From: Ostrea edulis
Taxonomy: Eukaryota
Reading direction: 5' to 3'
NCBI RefSeq assembly: GCF_947568905.1
Contig: NC_079167.1
Coordinates: 11,036,001 to 11,100,000 of the forward strand
DNA: 64,000 nucleotides
Positions within the stretch are counted from its first letter, which is position 1. Every line of letters begins with the position of its first letter. The position numbers and the translations under genes are program-made. Below, piece by piece: positions 24,001 to 34,733 of this stretch. Under the pieces are notes generated by a model. It did not search any database, had not been told where the DNA came from, and saw only the letters and a list, made by a program, of their open reading frames with translations.

Positions 24001-24845
24001 TAAACATGCCATTGATTAGGAACCGTCCAGTTTGAAAATACCACGCCACAGAAAATATATTAATGAACAATTTGAATAATTTTCCTTGGCAGTAATAGTG
24101 TAAACTGTACTTACACCAAGGACATGGGACCTTGGATTGGACGAATGCTGACAGAGTAACCGCTAACTGCGAGTATTCGGTTTGTAGGTAGTGGGAGGAA
24201 TCCTGGGCAATATCTATTAACATGGGAACATCCAAGTTGTTTCCGATTCCGACGGAGATGATGACGATTCCGGCAGCTTTGGCGAGATCAGCCTCACTTC
24301 GCTCGTTGTCATTGGAAACGCCATCTGTTAGCACCACCATAATGTTTGTGGCAGATGCACGGTCACCTGAAATTCAAGTATTAGTACAAGAGGTCAACAG
24401 GTAATTAATTGTTGTCCTATTTCTTAATTTGGGCATGTATTAATTTATAATTATTAATTATAATGTATTAACACTTTCAATTCAATACGAATTCTGAGTG
24501 ATACATTTCAAACGACCCATTGAGAAAAAATACCCTTGCTCGAAACAAACATATTCTGTCGGGTGAATTCCATGGCACTTCCAATTTTTGTCCCTCCGCT
24601 ATTATAATTAATATTCATGATGGCAGTTTGCATGCCAGTGACCGAAGTGTATGCATTGAGATGAAATATAGTTCTTTGTGACGACTGGAAACACATCACC
24701 CCGACCCGGACGTTGCCAGAATTAATGTCCAGCAGAGCTACCGTGTCCCTCAGCGCCTCCAGGGTCAGCTGGAAGTTGGGGGCTCCTACCGAACCCGACT
24801 CGTCTGTGACAAATATGATGTCGGACTGGGACGGGCCGCATCCTC
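15100..24845 (-). CDS. Multi-exon gene for a VWA + uncharacterised beta-rich module + 6 cadherin-like repeats + single TM protein (non-classical cadherin); 5' exon not found
   Basis: 17 GT-AG exons chain in frame with no stop: 24845-24534, 24366-24115, 22226-22155, 22025-21855, 21771-21690, 21580-21420, 20770-20603, 20505-20381, 19591-19411, 19330-19169, 18970-18821, 18671-18549, 17731-17549, 17455-17268, 16219-15629, 15546-15395, 15244-15100 (3218 nt, about 1072 aa). Cadherin motifs: IDYET, DINEAPTF, DVNDNAPRF, LTDAD, ARDLG. TM: TLWMTAVGMGGIALLATGSYVAV. Tail ends SNDLIN*. Confidence 0.9.
16268..17257. repeat. 24-bp intronic minisatellite (catagtgggtaaagtgaaacaaga), degenerate towards lower coordinates
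   Basis: Regular copies at 16800-17257. Source of the spurious FHFTHYVL / CFTLPTMS ORFs. Confidence 0.92.
17930..18545 (+). mobile_element. HINE-like fragments (ggtcaaaggtca / gaccttgacctttgacc motifs, CA microsatellite, 3' hairpin)
   Basis: Motifs shared with 22700-23090. 3' end tatatcccttct..gcgaggggataataa. Confidence 0.45.
19987..20310 (+). mobile_element. Interspersed repeat with a 129-nt palindrome (possible non-autonomous Crypton-type element)
   Basis: Inverted arms gttttcatgtgtgttgcagggtaacctcc / ggaggtaatcctgcaacatacatgaaaac (20163-20291). A reverse-orientation relative lies at 49925-50236. Confidence 0.6.
22700..23090 (+). mobile_element. HINE-like element fragment
   Basis: Two similar units (gggtataccaacataccaaatatcaaagg) and terminal hairpin catgtcccccttccaagggggaggggagacataaaaa. 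Confidence 0.55.
24115..24845 (-). CDS. von Willebrand factor A domain (two exons) of the cadherin-like gene
   Basis: Translation SDIIFVTDESGSVG...VRVGVMCF...GGTKIGSAM...IMVVLTDGVSND...IISVGIG. MIDAS residues DxSxS (DESGS), T (GGT) and D (LTDG) are all present. Confidence 0.92.
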
Positions 24846-25585
24846 CTGTAATAAATTAAGAATTTTAGACATAGAAGCATAAATTCTACACCGGACTCAT
24901 ATGTCACGCATACTTATAATTAGTCTTTGTTGCCGTCAAATTTTGATCCATGCATGGGGTTTCGGCCGAGAGTGAGTTGTTTATTGTGACAAAGCCTAAG
25001 CCCATCATGAAACGAGTCTTCCATTTCAAAGTCATATCCGAAAGACCCACGACTTTCACTTTTAATGCCGGGCACTTGGCGAAGAAACAGTGAGGAAGCG
25101 AGTGCGCTAACCATTACATGCTACCGGGGCGGGTGTAATTTGACAAATAATTATTAAGAAAATTCTAATTTTATATATGATACAGAACAATATTGCTGTA
25201 GCAAAAATGAAAACAGAAAATTTAATTCTATTATAAAGTCATCCCAAGACGAAATTATGTGGCGTAACTTATCGTTAACATAATTTATACAATATGAAAA
25301 AGTTTGATAGTCAAAGTGAAATAAGTTTTATTTTGTAAAAAAGAAATTGATAGCAACATATTTTGAAAAATTCAATTTCACTTGCAAACGCAAATAGATT
25401 GGTTCATTGCCTTTATCTACATTTTTTGTATCGTATAACTTCACTTTACGCCAAGTCGCGCCTTATAACGTCCTGGGATTGACAGAACAATACGTTTAGC
25501 TTCTGTGCTTCCATTTTGTTGTTACTGCTCTATGTAATATGAAATTCAAATTTTGATCATCATTGTTCATCAAATTGAATAATAA

Positions 25586-25713
25586 NNNNNNNNNNNNNNN
25601 NNNNNNNNNNNNNNNNNNNNNNNNNNNNNNNNNNNNNNNNNNNNNNNNNNNNNNNNNNNNNNNNNNNNNNNNNNNNNNNNNNNNNNNNNNNNNNNNNNNN
25701 NNNNNNNNNNNNN
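25586..25713. other. Assembly gap (128 N)
   Basis: Run of N. Confidence 1.
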
Positions 25714-26150
25714 GGCATCTTATCCGCTCTGTTCTCTATCACACATATAAAAATACGTGTATTTTTATATGTGTGATAGAGAACAGAGCGGATAAGATGC
25801 CCCTGTGGTCGAGGCCTGTGCTGGTGGACTGTTAGTTCCCGAGGGTCTCTACAGCCCAGTAGCTAAGTACTTCGTTACTAGCTTGAAAATACGGATGTAT
25901 ATTTAATTGCTGTGATAAAATTTAGAAATTCATTTCAAAATTAAGGATTATCTCTCTCTTGCATAGCTCTATCCTTGGACGAATTTAGCTCCAGTTTTTG
26001 GCACTCTAGTTTTCCTTTTAGCTCTCAAAAGTTTATTGTTATTTCGAACTTTCAAAATTTCGGCTTGAGCATCACTGAAGAGATTATTTGTCGAAATGCG
26101 TATCTGGTGCATCAAAATTGGTACCGTATAAGTTTTACATGTATGTTATA
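25714..26150 (+). mobile_element. Penelope-like element terminal repeat region with a palindromic start
   Basis: Contains a minimal hammerhead fold at 26069-26110. Such folds are an established feature of Penelope terminal repeats. Begins with an 88-nt palindrome. Confidence 0.6.
26069..26110 (+). ncRNA. Type I minimal hammerhead ribozyme
   Basis: Stem I gcatca/tggtgc; core CTGAAGA (26075-26081); stem II gat-tattt-gtc; GAAA (26093-26096); stem III A-tg-cg-ta-T; predicted cleavage triplet AUC ending at 26104. Confidence 0.7.
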
Positions 26151-26727
26151 TTTAGTAAATTGGCATAGTTAAAGCTCTAATATGTCTTACAGCGTGACCG
26201 TGTTTGAGGGCGAATCAGTATTTATATACATAACTGGATAAAAATAATCCCAAGTTATCCGGACGTGTACGGACAGCTGGCAGTAAAGAAATAAGATCTC
26301 ATTTTTTAGTTTTATTGGGATATGACATGAAGGTGATCACGTGATCAAATCCTATGACGCCCGAAGGCGAAGAATTAACACTCAAAAAAGATAATTTATT
26401 TCTTATATTCAAATTTCTATTTTGATTTGTGTTCTTAGCGAGCTTCCATACTTAAGTAGCAGATGACCGAAATAACGATCGGACAACACATTATATAGTT
26501 ATTTAGATTTTTATCGAATTAATGATTAAGAACAATATCTAAGAGAATATAAGATATAGATATTTCATTTAGAAGATTAAACAAGACGAAACGTGTGTAA
26601 AATAAAGGTAATTTAAAGCGCAGTCAACTGAATTGAAGACAAGAAGAGCGGAGTAAACTACATCCGTGATGTAATTTGGTCTCGATCAGTGATGGAGAAA
26701 CAGTGGCATTGACCTACTTGAAGTTAA

Positions 26728-27049
26728 AGGGTGAAGATAACGAACAGTGATCAATCTCATAACTCCTATAAGCAATACAAAATAGATGGTTGGGCAAACA
26801 CGGACCCCTGGACACACCAGAGGTGGGATCAGGTGCCTAAGAGAAGTAAGCATCCCCTGTCGATCGGTCACACCCGCCGTGAGCCCTATATCCTGATCAG
26901 GTAAACGGAGTTATCCGTAGTCAAAATCAGTGTGCCAAGAACGGTCTAGCAATCGGTATGAAACACCTCAGACAGCATTTGGCCCAATGATAGGTTGTAT
27001 TGACGAACTAGATCGTTATAACGACCATAGAATTTGTGAAATGCGGATC
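26728..27049 (-). mobile_element. 5'-truncated Penelope-like retroelement 3' end
   Basis: Minus strand reads AFHKFYGRYNDLVRQYNLSLGQMLSEVFHTDC* followed by the same UTR as 1-283. Possible TSD aagttaa at 26721-26727 and 27050-27056. A 30-nt tail-only copy is at about 53255-53282. Confidence 0.6.
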
Positions 27050-27199
27050 AAGTTAACGTTAAGCTCTTGGTCAGGTTCTTGCAAGTTTGGAAGGAAATAA
27101 CGGCATGTTCATCGTAAGGACCCGTGGTTGTAGCCATGTAGGATAGATTTAAACTAAGGTGCAGGTAGGTTGCTTTTTTTTTTTACCTCAAGGGTGTGT

Positions 27200-27340
27200 A
27201 AGAGAAAATGAATATGAACTGACAGATAGATTTTGTTCACTTGCTGAGAGATTTCTGTTGTAGGATTTTACTGAAGACTCGCACCGGTGCCTTGACATGG
27301 ACATAATTTTTCGAGCCTCAAAACCAGCTTTTCTCATGCC
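27200..27340 (-). mobile_element. Relic of a Crypton-type tyrosine recombinase C-terminus
   Basis: Minus strand reads MRKAGFEARKIMSMSRHRCESSVKSYNRNLS, resembling the AG.EAR.IM..SGH..ESS..SY box of Crypton/DUF3504 recombinases, with the catalytic-position His and Tyr present. Upstream frame is broken. Confidence 0.55.
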
Positions 27341-27518
27341 GAGTCATGGAAACAACAGGTTATCATTATCATACAGTCCTATAGATCTATCTCTGCCTCT
27401 TTTCTTCGTTTCCAGTATCAAATCGTATGAATTCTTCATGTTGCAAAAATTGCAGTTTTAGGCTTCTGTTTCTGTTGTATTAATTGATGAACTTCTTGTC
27501 TGTTTCCTGTTTAATCTT

Positions 27519-28050
27519 TAATTATTTGAAGATAACATTCATTCATTTCATTCGCGCAACAATTCGATCAAAGATCTCTTCAAATAATTAGGTCTAATGA
27601 TATCTTCAATTCTGAATTATTGCGCGCATTAATTGAATTGATGATAGCATTAATTATTCTGCTGAATTGATGATTGCTGTAATTGTTGCTCTTTTCAAAT
27701 GAATTGATGGTATCAACAATGATGGGAACAAAAATTTAATTCATGCTCACATCAAATGAATTATTGCTCTCAACAATTCAATTGATGCGCGCATCAAATA
27801 TCTAATTAATTGATGCGCGCTTTAAATCAATTATTGCTCTTATCAATTGAATTAATGCGCGCATTAATTGAATTGATGAGAGCAATAATTGAATTGATGC
27901 GTGCATCAATTCAATTGATGAAAGCAATCATTGATTTGAAGCGAGTATCAATTCAATTATTGTGTACAATAATTAAATTGATGATATCTTCAAATACTTT
28001 TAAAAAGATATCTTCAATTATTTGAGTTTCTGTTAATTTGGTGCTCCATA
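27519..28050. mobile_element. Second, left-truncated copy of the IS3EU-like MITE
   Basis: Right terminus gagtttctgttaatttggtgctccata and the same 21-bp internal repeats as 10366-11281. Confidence 0.75.
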
Positions 28051-29917
28051 CTTTTATTTTTTGGGAGCATATTTGAGAAATTCATATTTTACAACTAGTT
28101 TACTTTCATTTCTGTCGAAATTCCCAGCCGTTAAAATAGACGTACTATAGTCATCAAATAGTTATGTATTCATACGCATATTGTTTATAACTGCATGAGG
28201 AGATGTCTATCGTTACAATTTGTAAAGATATCAAAGGCACCCCCCCCCCCCCAAAAAAAAAACCCCATGAAATGATATACCAATCCTCTTCACAACGGAT
28301 AACACGCATCATTCAATATGCCGTTCTATCCAACATACCAGTGTGTGAATGGGGCTCCAAGTATATACACCATTTGATATACATGTACTTTCATAAATGA
28401 AACATATTTCTTAAAGTTTTACATTTGCAGTTGTAAACATTGCGCGTATGAATACCGATAAATATAGTGCGTCTTTATTAACGACTGGGGATTCTGGCAC
28501 ACGTGAATGTAAGAAATTAACTTCATTTCATATGAAACTAAAGCGCTTCATAAGAAATATGTCGGATTGTGTTTTCGATTCTTTTATTTTAAAAACACCA
28601 TACTTTGATGTCAAATTCATTTCGTATTACATGTATAAAAATCACAAGACTTTCACGTATATGTAAAGATTACCTCATTCATACGATTTGAAGATACTTC
28701 ATTCAATCATAAAGTTGCAGATATTTTGTCAGAAACATTGTCATAATATTTCAAACCTAATGCATTTCAGGCAGATCAATTAGTTGTGCTCTTAGTCATG
28801 CTTTACCAGACACTAAGTAAAGTTAGGCGTTTCTTATTCAGAAATCAGCAATCTACACTTCCCGCATCACCAAACCAATAGCCGAGTTCAAATTTCGTTG
28901 CAACTCGGCTAAAAAGTTTGAGTTTTTGCGGGCCTCGGAAAGGCTCCTTTGGTATGTACATGTATAACCCTTTAAAAGTCTAGATAACTCAATTGTGAAT
29001 ATGATAGGACAAGTTCACGATATTCAGAAAGTAATCAGTACATTTCATAAGACTCTCGAAAGTTTTGAATATACATGCAAATCTCGATATTTTACATTAT
29101 TATACATTACTTAATCCGTTTTAGTTTGTGAGCATCATTTCCATTTGCTGTACATTACCTTGTCCCAAATTAAAAAACTGAAATGTAACAACCATAAACA
29201 GAATCCAGTCCACCATCGTCATGTCACATCAAAATTATCCCCCCAAAAACACACCTCTCATTTCATTCTTCGTACTAGACAAACGAGAGTGATTAAAGAT
29301 CCGAAAAGATCAAATTCAATAATCGTGATTCGTTTGATTTCACTCCAAAAGGATTATAGACCAGTGCGACTTCTTTCTCATTGTTAACGACATTATTTCA
29401 ACTTTTATTGTTTTTTAAATTCTTTAAGTTATTCGCTAATCAGTCACAGACCATTAAACAATGCTTTTATCTGAAAGATAGTTCCAGCACTTTGTACCGG
29501 GATAGGAAAGTCCGTAAAGTAAAAGAAGTCGGCTTTGACTGCATTGTTCCTCTGTATTGGTAAAATATCAAACACTAACAAGTGCAAACTGTCACATTTG
29601 ATATCTGAATATCTATACAATCAGCGGCGCATTTAACAGATGTTGAATGGCTGTTATTACATTTCACTCTGTAAAAGTGATATTTTTGAAATTGCTAACA
29701 GTATACATTGCCTCCTGAACTGGTTTATGGACAGTAGAATACACGTACATTAAGGGGGCATTAGCTGTCAATTTGTCACCAAATATTGAATTCAATGAAA
29801 ATTGTTCTATATTATATATTTCAGTAATAACACCACCAGTATCTAATTATTTTTCAAACACAGGGAATCAGGAAAGTTTCCAGAAATTGGCGCCATATTT
29901 TAGATAGATCGAAAGAG

Positions 29918-30530
29918 TTTTGAGTTTATTGGTAGAGCGTAATTCGCTTCGTATCTGTGAGGTCGTGAGTTCGATCCCCGCTCGTGCCATGGAAGCCAAC
30001 ATCAAACCTACGACGTTAACAGAGGGAGTGATCGCTCTTTCGCCAAACGCTCGGCATTTAGAAGTGAGATTCACGGGTCTTTCTGATATAACCTTAAAAA
30101 CGGAGGTCTCGTGTCGCGACAGGCGTTGGCACGATGAAGAACTCTCGCTGCTACGGCCCTGAGCGATGAGGATAGGTCTAAATTTGTGCTACTTCACCTA
30201 CAGCTGGTGACGTTATGAGTGATTGATAGATTGATTTTATATTGTTTACCGAGAATATTTCACTCATATGGAGACATCACCATTGCCGTTGAAGGGCTGC
30301 AAAATTGAGGCCTATGCTCGGCGCTTACGGCCTTTAAGCAGGGAGGGGTCTTTATTGTGCCACACCTGCTGTGACACGGGGCCTCGGTTTTTACGGTCTC
30401 ATCCGAAGGACCGCCCCATTTAGTCGCCTCTTAAGACAATCAAGGAATACTGAGGAGCTATTCTAACCCGGATCCCCACGGAATCAATATGAGTGAAAAA
30501 TTCTCGACGGGACGTAAAACAATGAATCAG
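29918..30530 (+). mobile_element. tRNA-headed SINE (family B) split by an antisense family A SINE
   Basis: A box tggtagagcg and B box gttcgatccc. Body to about 30222; 3' end resumes at 30488 (tatgagtgaaaaattctcgacgggacgtaaaac). Confidence 0.75.
30223..30487 (-). mobile_element. Family A SINE nested in the family B SINE
   Basis: Reverse complement of the 1491-1748 element, flanked by tatgagtga at 30214-30222 and 30488-30496. Confidence 0.8.
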
Positions 30531-30729
30531 TAGAACCTTTTTTTTGTTTGTTAATTTTTTATGCCTTTATCCGTGTTTATCATGAATTTTATTTTGGTAT
30601 TATACCTGAAATCATAACTACCGTGTAACACAGAAACTTCAGTAATGCTACTCCGTCTCAGTACTAAAATGTTCTTTGTTTTCCTGGTCGGATGTTCATA
30701 AATACCAGTGGACTGCCTGTCGGTGACAT

Positions 30730-31177
30730 GTCGCTAAACCTGTTAGATGATGTTGTACGAATCATCTGGTACCTGAACCTGTTAGATCATGTACGAATCA
30801 TCTGGTACCTGAACCTGTTAGATCATGTACGAATCATCTGGTACCTGAACCTGTTAGATCATGTACGAATCATCTGGTACCTGAACCTGTTAGATCATGT
30901 ACGAATCTTCTGGTACCTGAACCTGTCAGATCATGTTGTACGAATCACCTGGTACCTGAACCTGTCAGATCATGTACGAATCACCTGGTACCTGAACCTG
31001 TCAGATCATGTACGAATCACCTGGTACCTGAACCTGTTAGATCATGTACGAATCATCTGGTACCTGAACCTGTCAGATCATGTTGTATGAATCATTTGGT
31101 ACCTGAACCTGTTAGATCATGTACGAATCTTCTGGTACCTGAACCTGTTAGATCATGTATGAATCATCTGGTACCTA
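30730..31177. repeat. 36-bp minisatellite (tggtacctgaacctgttagatcatgtacgaatcatc), about 12 copies, some 39-bp variants
   Basis: Read directly; produces the IIWYLNLLDHVR ORF. Confidence 0.95.
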
Positions 31178-31975
31178 GTTATGTTTGTCCTGTAACATGT
31201 ACAATACATTACTGAAGGACTCAACATAATACGTGTCCAAACGTGTTCAAACAAAATCATCGGGAACCATGTATTGATGTAAAGCACGAAATTTTGAATG
31301 GCGTCAGTGAGAAATGTCTAAAACTTTAAAGAAGGGGGAAATGGGGTAATAATAATTTAAATGAAATAGAATAAACAAACACAAAAAATTAAAAAAGCCA
31401 AGAAATAATGTTCAATTTCCTTCTCTAAGTGCAATATCACAAGAATAATGTTTTGATCAGTTTTAAGGTATTTGAGATTTTAAGTCTATCGGGTATTTAG
31501 TGCGTTCATTAAAACGGCAGCTTTTGTCATCAGTTGATATCGATGCTGCTGAGGAAAAATAAGTCGTGTAACGTCTACAAGAAGAACATTATTAAAATAT
31601 GAGGAAGTAAGTAGCGTATAATTGATGACAGGTCCGAAATCTTCCATACTAGTCTGAATTTCGCTGCTGTCATACGCGAGAAACGACTCCGTGACCTGGA
31701 CCGGTAAATGTCCTAGTAAAAATCAACAAGTGAAATCGAGAGAACGATGAAGTATATCTTTGTTATTTTAAGAATTTGGCATGCAAGTAGTTAAAACATT
31801 AATCTATGCAAGGAAAACGACAAATTACGCATAGTTTACCTAGTTTAAGATTTTTTAGGCATTTGAAGCGAGTGGTTAGTTTCTTATCTGTGTCAGAGTT
31901 AGACCCCTTTCTATATTTATGGTATCACGGAGTTCGGGCCCGAAACGGGCTTAGCCCCTGTGTGATAATCACTGT

Positions 31976-32283
31976 GGGGTCGTGAGTTCAAGCCCCGCTC
32001 ATGCCAAGGCCGTGTCAAACCGAAGACGTGAACAAGGGTAATGATTGCTCCTTCTCCAAACGCTCGGCATTTAGAAGTGAGAATCACGAGTCTATAGGAT
32101 ATTACCTTAATACGGAGGTCCAGTGTCACAGCAGGCGTTGGCACGTTAAAGAACCCTCCCTGCTACGGCTTTATGCGCTTAATCATAGGTCGTGGTACTT
32201 CCCCTACAGCTGGTGACGTCTCAATATGAGGGGAATATTCTGGACAGGACGTAAAACAAACAAACAACTAACCAACCAACCTT
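31976..32283 (+). mobile_element. Family B SINE, partial head, (CAAA/CAAC)n tail
   Basis: Colinear with 29918-30530; B box gttcaagccc. Confidence 0.75.
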
Positions 32284-32743
32284 CACTACGGACTTAGCCG
32301 CGTGACAGGGATCATTTTGATTGATAATATTCTGGTCTTTCCTCACGTATAAACTTTTTAATGCTTGTATTCCTGTCATGGTCATACGGATGGTAAATGG
32401 ATCACCAACATACATGAGCTATCAATGTCGAAGCTTTTTAACTGACTATCACATATATCAACGACAAAGATAAATAAGACACATAGCATGCATGTACACA
32501 TATACGCAGACATATTACATATTAACAAAAGTTTAAAACAAATATTTCATGCAAGAATATACAGATACGAAGGCATACTATTTAGAGGAAGAAATAAAAC
32601 ACTACAAGCAAGAGTGGGTGTACTTAAAAAGCAGCAGTAAAATTCAAACTCGCAATTTTGTTGTTAAGTAGTAATAAGAATTTAATGAATATAATTTAAA
32701 TATGATTAAATTCAATAATAGTAGTAAATCAATATAAACATTT

Positions 32744-33704
32744 ACAAGAGGCCCAGGGGCCTTATAGGTCACCTGAGTATCATGTAACAACCTTCCAATG
32801 TTTGAATTAGGTTTGTGTTTAGATATAAGAATTTTACTTTTGGATGGAAGAAACATTGAATAGCTATGTGGTCATGAAGTACATGTGTCATTTTTATGTT
32901 CAATCAATAATCCTTTTTAAAAAACCTAGGTCTGAGACATCATAAAGAAAAGGGTTATTTACTCCTTAGATAAAACCAATATAAGAAGATTTTCAAAGAA
33001 TTTCTACATTTCCACTATATGACCAATAGAGCCCCACCCTAACACAAGAACCCCTGCCCCAGGGGCCATGAATTTCACAATTTTGGTAGAGGGCTCAACG
33101 CTCATTATAATTATGTCCACAGTTTGGCTTCTTGATGTCCAGGAGTAAAGAAGAAGATTTTTTAAAATTACACTCATTTTGATAGTTTTTGCCCCATCCC
33201 TCAGGCCCCAGAGGGGCAGGGACCACGAATTTCACAATTTTTGTTCCCCTCCACCCACAGATGCTATATGCCAAAATTGGTTGAAATTTGTTCAGGGGTT
33301 TCAGAGAAGAAGCTGAAAATGTTCAAATGTTAACGCACGACGAACGACGACGGACAAAAACAGAAGATTTTCAAAGAAATATTGCATTTTCACTATATAA
33401 TCAATCAGCCCCGCCTTTGCACCAGAACCCCTGACCCAGGGGCCATAAATTTCAGTTTTGAAAGAAGCATCCTTGATCATCATTATCATACTATAAGTTT
33501 GTCTACTTAATACCCAACAGCAGAGGAGAAGATTTTCAAAGAAATAAAATGCATTTTCACTATACGATCAATAGGTCCCCACCCTAATACCAGAACCCCT
33601 GACCCAGGGGCCATGAATTTCACAATTTTGAAAGAGGCATCCTTGCTCATCATAACCATGCTATTGGTTTGTCTACTTAATACCCAAGGACAGAGAAGAT
33701 TTTC

Positions 33705-33738
<34 letters not shown>

Positions 33739-34451
33739 GAGCCCCACCCTAGCACCAGAACCCCTGATCCAGGGGCCATGAATTTCACAATTTTTAAAGA
33801 GGCATCCTTGCTCATCATTACCATGCTATTAGTTTGTCTACTTAATACCCAGAGACAGAGAAGAAGATTTTCAAAGAATTTCTACATTTTCACTATATGA
33901 CCAATAGAGCCCCACCCTAACAAACCAGAACCCCTGATCCAGGGGCCATGAATTTCACAATTTTTAAAGAGGCATCCTTGCTCATCATTACCATGCTATT
34001 AGTTTGTCTACTTAATACCCAGAGACAGAGAAGAAGATTTTCAAAGAATTTCTACATTTTCACTATATGACCAATAGAGCCCCACCCTAACACAAGAACC
34101 CCTGCCCCAGGGGCCATGAATTTCACAATTTTGGTAGAGGGCTCAACGCTCATTATAATTATGTCCACAGTTTGGCTTCTTGATGTACAGGAGTAAAGAA
34201 GAAGATTTTTTAAAATTACACTCATTTTGATGGTTTTTGCCCCATCCCTCAGGCCCCAGAGGGGCAGGGACCACGAATTTCACAATTTTTGTTCCCCTCC
34301 ACCCACAGATGCTATATGCCAAAATTGGTTGAAATTGGTTCAGAGGTTTCAGAGAAGAAGCTGAAAATGTTCAAATGTTAACGCACGACGAACGACGACG
34401 GACAAAAACAGATAGCAATAGGTCACCTGAATGATTCAGGTGACCTAAAAA
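32744..34451 (+). mobile_element. HINE element carrying Cg170-like ~165-bp satellite monomers
   Basis: 5' acaagaggccc...aggtcacctgag; 3' palindrome aggtcacctgaatgattcaggtgacct followed by aaaaa; monomers aagattttcaaagaa..cactatatgac..gaacccctg..catgaatttcacaatttt. Confidence 0.85.
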
Positions 34452-34733
34452 TTCACTCTGCAGGCAGAATTCACCAAGAATATAAATTAAAAACAAGAAA
34501 GATTGACTAAGCATGCAAAAACAGCTGCATAGATAAAAAGAGCGGAGGCAACATATAAAGTTACGTACACTGGACCTATTAAGGTCTGCATGATTTACAA
34601 GTACATGTGGGACCAGACCAGGTGGCAATTCAAGGTGGTAAGGTTCCTAGTTTTAATTTAGTGAACTGGAAAGCCTTGGTATATTTTGCTATTAGATCAC
34701 GTACACAACTTCCTATAATTGTAACAAATCCCA

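Noticed and set aside
24920-25114. Candidate first exon for the VWA-cadherin gene
   Set aside because: No hydrophobic signal peptide and no suitable phase-1 GT donor; it ends in a stop.
30692-31090. 132-aa ORF resembling a leucine-rich repeat (IIWYLNLLDHVR)n
   Set aside because: It exactly tracks a 36-bp DNA tandem repeat with no synonymous divergence pattern and no flanking domains.
33301-33824. Repeated MVMMSKDASLKIVKFMAPGSG ORFs
   Set aside because: Translations of Cg170-like satellite monomers.
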